Positions 58,653 to 64,000 of a stretch of DNA of 64,000 bases are shown piece after piece. The DNA comes from Candidatus Sericytochromatia bacterium (lineage in GTDB: Bacteria > Cyanobacteriota > Sericytochromatia > S15B-MN24 > VGJW01). The DNA lies in NCBI GenBank assembly GCA_035285865.1, contig JAYKHS010000016.1:25695-89694 (forward strand), in the 5' to 3' direction. Below the pieces are notes generated by a model, which saw nothing but the letters and a program-made list of their open reading frames with translations, did not search any database and had not been told where the DNA came from. Position 1 is the stretch's first letter. Every line of letters starts with the position of its first letter. Position numbers and translations under genes: made by a program.

Positions 58653-59443
58653 CCACGGGAGCCTTCGAGCCTCTGGCCGGGGAGCCGGCGATCTCGGCGA
58701 AGGGCCTCGCCGTGCAGGTGAACGACCGCCGTCTGGTGGGTCCCGTCGATCTCGCCCTGCCGTCCGGAAAGTGGACCAGCCTCGTCGGCCCGAACGGGGC
58801 GGGCAAATCCACGCTGCTGCGTGCGCTGGCGGGCGTGATCCCGCACGAGGGCCAGGTCGCTTGGCATGGCCGGGCCCGCGACGGGCTGGGCGCGCGCACG
58901 CGCGGAAGGCATCTGGCGTGGCTGGGGCATGAGTTGCCGGGTGCCGAGGATCTGCTGGTCGAAGACGTCGTCATGCTGGGCCGGCTGCCGCATCAAGGCC
59001 TGCTCTCGGGCGTCCGCCCCCGGGACCGGGAGGCCGTGGAGCGGGCTCTGGATGCAGCAGGCGCCACCTACTGGCGAAACCGACCGCTGGGCACGCTGTC
59101 GGCCGGCGAGCGGCAACGGGTCCGCCTGGCACGTGCGCTGGCCGTCGAAGCCTCGATCCTGCTGCTCGACGAACCGCTGGCCAACCTGGATCCACCCCAT
59201 CAGGCCGACGTTCTGGCGGTCATCCGCCGCCTGGTCGCCGAGGGACGTACCGTCGTCAGCGTCCTGCACGAGTTGCAGCCCGCGCTGTCGGCCGACCGCA
59301 TGCTGATCCTCGAATGCGGTGGCATCCGGCATCATGGAGCTTGCGACGACCCGCGCACCCACCGCGAGCTCGAGGGCGTCTTCCTCGACCGCATCGCGAT
59401 CCGGCACCTGGGTGACGTACCCGTGCCGATGCCCCGCTCGTGA
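58649..59443 (+). CDS. btuD: ABC transporter ATP-binding protein
   Basis: [24 protein letters not shown]. Confidence 0.9.
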   Translation: MTTGAFEPLAGEPAISAKGLAVQVNDRRLVGPVDLALPSGKWTSLVGPNGAGKSTLLRALAGVIPHEGQVAWHGRARDGLGARTRGRHLAWLGHELPGAEDLLVEDVVMLGRLPHQGLLSGVRPRDREAVERALDAAGATYWRNRPLGTLSAGERQRVRLARALAVEASILLLDEPLANLDPPHQADVLAVIRRLVAEGRTVVSVLHELQPALSADRMLILECGGIRHHGACDDPRTHRELEGVFLDRIAIRHLGDVPVPMPRS

Positions 59444-59462
59444 CCCCAACCCGGAGCTGCCC

Positions 59463-60032
59463 ATGGACCCCGTGACTCCCCCGACCGACAAGCCCCTGCT
59501 GCATCCCGACGGCGAGCGGCGAGGTCTGGTTCTCGTGAACACCGGCGACGGCAAGGGCAAGAGCACGGCGGCCTTCGGGTTGGCGATGCGCGCGCACGGC
59601 CGCGGCAAGAAGGTCAAGGTATTCCAGTTCATGAAGTTGCCGACCTCGCGCTTTGGCGAGCATCGCGCCTGTGAGACGCTGGGCTTGCCGGTCGAAGGGT
59701 TGGGCGACGGCTTCAGCTGGGACAGCAAGGACCTGGAGCGGTCGGCAGCCATCGCCCGCGAAGGCTGGCAGCAGGCCAAGGCGGCCATCCTTTCGGGATC
59801 GTGGTTCATGGTGGTGCTGGACGAGGTCACCTACCCCGTGCGCTTCGGGTGGGTGCCGCTCGAGGACGTGCTGGCCACCCTGCGCGATCGGCCGCGGGAC
59901 GTGCACGTGGTGCTGACGGGCCGGGACTGCCCGGACGAGATCGTTGCGCTGGCCGACACCGTGACCGAGATGAAGCTGGTCAAGCACGCCTTCGCGGCCG
60001 GTGTCCCCGCCCAGCGCGGCATCGAGGACTAA
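59463..60032 (+). CDS. cobO: cob(I)yrinic acid a,c-diamide adenosyltransferase
   Basis: [32 protein letters not shown]. Confidence 0.96.
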   Translation: MDPVTPPTDKPLLHPDGERRGLVLVNTGDGKGKSTAAFGLAMRAHGRGKKVKVFQFMKLPTSRFGEHRACETLGLPVEGLGDGFSWDSKDLERSAAIAREGWQQAKAAILSGSWFMVVLDEVTYPVRFGWVPLEDVLATLRDRPRDVHVVLTGRDCPDEIVALADTVTEMKLVKHAFAAGVPAQRGIED

Positions 60033-60036
60033 GGGC

Positions 60037-61047
60037 GTGGACCTCCTGCTGCGCGACCGCCTGCAACGGCGGCTGGACGAAAAGACCAAGCCCGTGGGCG
60101 CCTTGGGCCGCCTTGAGGCGCTGGCCCTGCAACTGGGGCTGATCCTCGGGACGGACGCGCCGCGCCTGCGGGATCCGCAGCTCGTGGTGTTCGCCGGGGA
60201 CCATGGGCTGGCTGCTCACGGCGTGTCGGCCTACCCCAGCGACGTCACGTGGCAGATGGTCGAGAACTTCCTTGCGGGGGGCGCCGCCGTGAGCGTGCTG
60301 GCCCGGCAGCATGGCCTGGCGCTGACGGTCGTGGACTGCGGCGTGGCGCATGACCTGGCCCCCCGGCCAGGGTTGATCACGGGCAAGATCGCGCACGGGA
60401 CAGCCGATGCCCGCACCGGGCCGGCCATGACGGTCGACCAGCGCGACCGAGCGCTGCAACTGGGGCGGGACGTCGTGGCGGGCCTGCCCGGCAACGTGCT
60501 GCTGCTGGGCGAGATGGGCATCGGCAACACTTCGGCGGCGGCGCTGCTGCTGGCGCGCCTCGCGGACCGGGACATCGCCCTGTGCACGGGGGCGGGCACG
60601 GGCCTCGATGAGGTCGGCATCGCCCGCAAGACCCACATCCTGCGCGAGGTGCTGGCGCGCCACGAAGGGGCCGTGGCACCGCTCGACGCGCTTGCGGCTT
60701 TCGGGGGCTTCGAGATCGCGGCGATGGTCGGTGCCGTGCAGGAAGCCGCACGGCAAGGGCGGGTGGTGGTGGTCGACGGCTTCATCACGACGGCCGCCGT
60801 GCTGGTGGCGAGGGCCCTCGACCCGCGCGTGACGGAGTCCTGCGTGTTCGCCCATGCCTCGGGCGAGCGCGGACACGGGCTGATGCTCGAGGTGCTGGGC
60901 GCGCGGCCATTGCTGGATCTGGGCCTGCGGCTGGGCGAGGGGTCGGGCGCAGCGCTGGCGTGGCCCCTGCTGCAGTCGGCCACGTTGATCCTGGACGAGA
61001 TGGCGACCTTCGCGTCGGCGGGCGTGGCGGAGCGCAGCGCCCCATGA
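60037..61047 (+). CDS. cobT: nicotinate-nucleotide:dimethylbenzimidazole phosphoribosyltransferase
   Basis: KTKPVGALGRLE, FAGDHG, GEMGIGNT, DGFI, LRLGEGSGA. Confidence 0.96.
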   Translation: MDLLLRDRLQRRLDEKTKPVGALGRLEALALQLGLILGTDAPRLRDPQLVVFAGDHGLAAHGVSAYPSDVTWQMVENFLAGGAAVSVLARQHGLALTVVDCGVAHDLAPRPGLITGKIAHGTADARTGPAMTVDQRDRALQLGRDVVAGLPGNVLLLGEMGIGNTSAAALLLARLADRDIALCTGAGTGLDEVGIARKTHILREVLARHEGAVAPLDALAAFGGFEIAAMVGAVQEAARQGRVVVVDGFITTAAVLVARALDPRVTESCVFAHASGERGHGLMLEVLGARPLLDLGLRLGEGSGAALAWPLLQSATLILDEMATFASAGVAERSAP

Positions 61048-62189
61048 GGTTCCGCCGCAAGCCACCGGGGACCCGGCCGAGCCCGAACCGTCCTGATGTC
61101 CCCGAGGACTTCCGGGATGCCCTCGCCCCGCTGCTGGGCGCACCCGGCGCCGGCGAGCAAGCGTGGGGTCTGGCGCCCGACGGGACGCCCGTGCCGCTGG
61201 ACGGGGCGACGTCTGCCGGACCGGCGGCAGCCGGGGCGGTGGCAAAGGGAATTGGCGGTGGCTTGCCGACCCCCGAGATGCCTGCCCTGCCAACGGGCGG
61301 GAACGGTGCTCCCTTCACGAACCCGTTCCCCCTGTCCCAGCCCGGACCGCTGCCCGAGTTGCCCCAACCGTGGACGCTCGCCAGGACCGTCCGCGAGTTC
61401 CTTTTGGCCGTGCAGTTCTTCACGCGCATCCCCATCACGGGGCGGCTGGCGGAGTGGGTGGGCTTCAGCCCGGCGATGCTGCGGGCCAGCGCGGTGCACT
61501 TCCCCGCCGTCGGGCTGATCATCGGGGGTGCTGCCGCCGTCGTGCACCTGGCGGCGATGCTGGGCATGCCGGCAGGCCCGATGAGGCCGCTGCTGGCTGC
61601 GGTGCTGGGGACGCTCGTGACGGTCTGGCTTACGGGCGCCTTCCACGAGGACGGCATGGCCGACACGGCGGACGGGCTGGGCGGCAGCCATGAGCGCGAG
61701 CGGGCGCTCGACATCATGAAGGACTCGCGCATCGGCACCTACGGGGCTGTCGCCCTGTGGCTGACGCTTTCGACCAAGGTGCTCGCGCTGGCGTCCCTCG
61801 GCGGTGACAGCCTGGGCACGATGCTGACGGCCGGCTTCGCTGCGCATGGCGTCTCGCGGCTGTTGCCGCTGGGTCTGGTGGCGACGATGCGGCACGTGGG
61901 CGACACGGCGACGTCCAAGGCCAAGCCGCTCGCCGACGCCATCACGCCCGAGGGCCTCGTGATCGCGGGCCTGTGGACGCTGCCGGCCATTCTGCCGCTG
62001 TCGTGGTTCGCGGGCTCGACCGTGCTCGCGGCGGCCCTGCTGGCGTCGTTCCTCGCGGCCTATCAGGTCTGGCGGATGTGCCGCAGGCGCCTCGGAGGCT
62101 ATACGGGCGACAACCTCGGGGCCACCCAGCAGGCGACCGAGGTGGCCTTCCTGCTGGGCACGGCCTTTGCGCTGGGCCAGGGCCTGTGA
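61044..62189 (+). CDS. cobS: adenosylcobinamide-GDP ribazoletransferase with N-terminal extension
   Basis: FFTRIP, GAFHEDGMADTADG, IMKDSRIG, GYTGDNLGA; ATGA overlap with cobT. Confidence 0.93.
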   Translation: MRFRRKPPGTRPSPNRPDVPEDFRDALAPLLGAPGAGEQAWGLAPDGTPVPLDGATSAGPAAAGAVAKGIGGGLPTPEMPALPTGGNGAPFTNPFPLSQPGPLPELPQPWTLARTVREFLLAVQFFTRIPITGRLAEWVGFSPAMLRASAVHFPAVGLIIGGAAAVVHLAAMLGMPAGPMRPLLAAVLGTLVTVWLTGAFHEDGMADTADGLGGSHERERALDIMKDSRIGTYGAVALWLTLSTKVLALASLGGDSLGTMLTAGFAAHGVSRLLPLGLVATMRHVGDTATSKAKPLADAITPEGLVIAGLWTLPAILPLSWFAGSTVLAAALLASFLAAYQVWRMCRRRLGGYTGDNLGATQQATEVAFLLGTAFALGQGL

Positions 62190-62806
62190 TCGCGGGCGGC
62201 CTGACGGTGCTGCGCCACGCGCGGGTCAAGGTGCCGCGCGGCATCTGCTATGGCGTGCAGGACGTCCCCCACAGCCTCGGCCACACGGTCGAGGTCGCGG
62301 CTGCCTTCGTGGCCGAGGCAGGAAACGAGCTGCCCGTGCGGGTGCGGGTCTCGCCACGCACGCGCTGCCGGGCGCTGTGGCGGGGCGTGGCCGGGCATTG
62401 GGCATTGGACGACGGGGGGCTGGATGCGACGGGCGGCAGCAGGCTGGCGGTGGTCGTCGACGACCGGGTGGCCGAGATGGACTTCGGCAACTGGGAAGGC
62501 CGGGCGTGGGGCGACATTCCCGAGGCCGAGATGACGGCCTGGACGGACGCCTTCATGGACCATCGCTGCGGCGGGGGCGAGTCGGTCCGGATGTTCCTCG
62601 CCCGGATGCTGGCTGCATGGCAGGAGGACGCGGCCCTCGGTGGCCCGGTGCTGTGGGTGGCCCACGCGGGGGTGCTGCGGGGCCTCGCCGTGCTGGAGCG
62701 GCATGGGTGGCAGATGCCCGGTTCGTTGCTGGCGGCGGACTGGCCACGGGAAGCGCTGGACTTCGGGGCGTGGCGGAGGTTCGGCATTTCGCCCGTCCGG
62801 GGGTAG
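62186..62806 (+). CDS. cobC: histidine-phosphatase family, alpha-ribazole phosphatase-like
   Basis: LRHA, SPRTRC, EMDFGNWEG, GGES, VAHAGVLR. Confidence 0.85.
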   Translation: MIAGGLTVLRHARVKVPRGICYGVQDVPHSLGHTVEVAAAFVAEAGNELPVRVRVSPRTRCRALWRGVAGHWALDDGGLDATGGSRLAVVVDDRVAEMDFGNWEGRAWGDIPEAEMTAWTDAFMDHRCGGGESVRMFLARMLAAWQEDAALGGPVLWVAHAGVLRGLAVLERHGWQMPGSLLAADWPREALDFGAWRRFGISPVRG

Positions 62807-62823
62807 ACGGCAGGGTAGACGGC
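62801..62823. repeat. 11-bp direct repeat spanning the cobC stop codon
   Basis: GGGTAGACGGC-A-GGGTAGACGGC. Confidence 0.85.
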
Positions 62824-62857
62824 CCGGGCCGTTCGATTCATCCGAGAGGATACGTTC

Positions 62858-63073
62858 ATGGCAGAAGACAAGGTCAAGGGTCCGGCCTCCTACTTCCCTT
62901 CCATCGAAGCGAAGTACGGACAGCCGATCGCGCACTGGCAAGGCATCATCCGCGCCCACGCAGGCAAGAAGCACATGGAGCTGGTCACGTTGCTCAAGAC
63001 CGAGCATGGGCTGGGCCATGGGCACGCCAATGCGCTGGTGGCACATACATTGGCCGAGGATGGGCGCGGGTGA
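62858..63073 (+). CDS. DUF4287-family small protein
   Basis: VKGPASYFPSIEAKYG...LKTEHGLGHGHANALV. Confidence 0.85.
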   Translation: MAEDKVKGPASYFPSIEAKYGQPIAHWQGIIRAHAGKKHMELVTLLKTEHGLGHGHANALVAHTLAEDGRG

Positions 63074-63199
63074 CGATCGCGAGGCAGCCCAGCAAGGGTG
63101 CGCGCCCAGAATGGTCAACGGGTGAACCACGGACCCGGAATGGCTGCACCAGACACGGGGCGAGGTATCCCTTAGCATGAAAGCCCAAGGAGCCCTCCG

Positions 63200-63688
63200 A
63201 TGACCCAACCCGCCACCGACCTCGCCCTGCGCCTCGTGCGCGAGGTCCCCATCAGCCCGGAGCAATGCTTCGAGGGCTGGACCGTGCCCGAGCGCCTGAT
63301 GCCGTGGTTCTGCCCCCGGCCTTGGCGCGTGGTGGATTGCGTGATCGACCTGCGGCCCGGCGGGGCGTTCGGCACCACCATGCAGTCTCCCGAGGGCGAG
63401 ACCCAGCCCAACGAGCCCGGCTGCTACCTGGCCGTCGAGGCCCCGCACCGGCTGGTGTGGACCAACCTGCTCGGGCCGGATTTCAAGCCGAACGCCATCC
63501 CGCAATCCGGCTTCGGGTTCGTGTGCGAGCTGCGCTTCGACCGACTGCCCGACGGCGGCACGCGCTATCAAGCGACCGTGCACCACGTGGATGCCGCCGG
63601 CCGCGACGCCCATGCGGCGATGGGCTTCGAGGTCGGCTGGGGAATCGCGCTCGATCAGTTGGTGGAGCTGGTGCAGGCCCGAGGGTAG
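63200..63688 (+). CDS. SRPBCC / AHSA1-like protein
   Basis: WTVPERLMPWFCPRPW, IDLRPGG, HAAMGFEVGWG; AAGGAG RBS. Confidence 0.9.
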   Translation: MTQPATDLALRLVREVPISPEQCFEGWTVPERLMPWFCPRPWRVVDCVIDLRPGGAFGTTMQSPEGETQPNEPGCYLAVEAPHRLVWTNLLGPDFKPNAIPQSGFGFVCELRFDRLPDGGTRYQATVHHVDAAGRDAHAAMGFEVGWGIALDQLVELVQARG

Positions 63689-63851
63689 CGCGCAGGCGCC
63701 CAACCGAGCACTCTCGGCTTGATCCCTCGGTGGGCAGGACTACCTGCCGTGACCGGACTTGGGCGACGAACCAAGCATTGGAGAATTCCGAGTTCCACCG
63801 AAGAAACTCCGGGAATTCCGTGCTTTCAACTACCCGGCAAGAGTCGCCCGC

Positions 63852-64000
63852 CTACCCTTCCGCCACCTCGAAACCGACGATGTTGCGTTCTTCCCGGCTT
63901 AATTCGATGCCGACCTGCGTCACGGTGACGCCGGGGGCGCGGTACTTCTCGGCATAGCCCCGCTCCTGAAGCTGCGCCAGCGCCGAGCCGTCGGGCACCT
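63852..64000 (-). CDS. C-terminus of an AAA-ATPase / PD-(D/E)XK_9 nuclease-family protein (partial)
   Basis: my translation: ...GSALAQLQERGYAEKYRAPGVTVTQVGIELSREERNIVGFEVAEG-stop. Confidence 0.75.
   Translation of the reverse strand, partial: VPDGSALAQLQERGYAEKYRAPGVTVTQVGIELSREERNIVGFEVAEG

Overview
High-GC (roughly 70% by eye), gene-dense bacterial chromosome segment with about 57 CDS. I could not see any rRNA, tRNA, CRISPR array, IS or prophage. The organism is diderm (Lpt cluster plus lnt) but has Terrabacteria-type synteny (dprA-topA-trmFO ... xerC, MutS2); a non-photosynthetic cyanobacterial relative such as Sericytochromatia is a tentative guess only. Contents: cysS, a secreted EndA/Bsn nuclease, mutS2, a degenerate serine recombinase, a Ser/Thr kinase / pseudokinase-PP2C / FHA / TlpA module at the end of an lptFG-lptD run, lnt-lptC-lptA, dprA-topA-trmFO, a KaiC-like ATPase with a histidine kinase, tdk-xerC, a SAMHD1/YwfO-like HD protein, lipA with a 2-oxoacid dehydrogenase operon, an FAD-oxidoreductase/PLP-desulfurase fusion, a B12 uptake and nucleotide-loop cluster, and a partial AAA/PD-(D/E)XK gene. 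Best leads: (1) an apparently catalytically dead, host-adapted serine recombinase behind an AT-rich array of 11-bp-phased TTAA boxes, whose promoter core (CCTTAAC-N8-GCCATArTG) recurs upstream of the secreted nuclease; (2) an E1-alpha lacking its ThDP-binding and active-site loops inside an otherwise intact operon; (3) the oxidoreductase-desulfurase fusion between the lipoate and B12 genes; (4) a pseudokinase-PP2C fusion. All product calls come from motif recognition by eye, not database searches.
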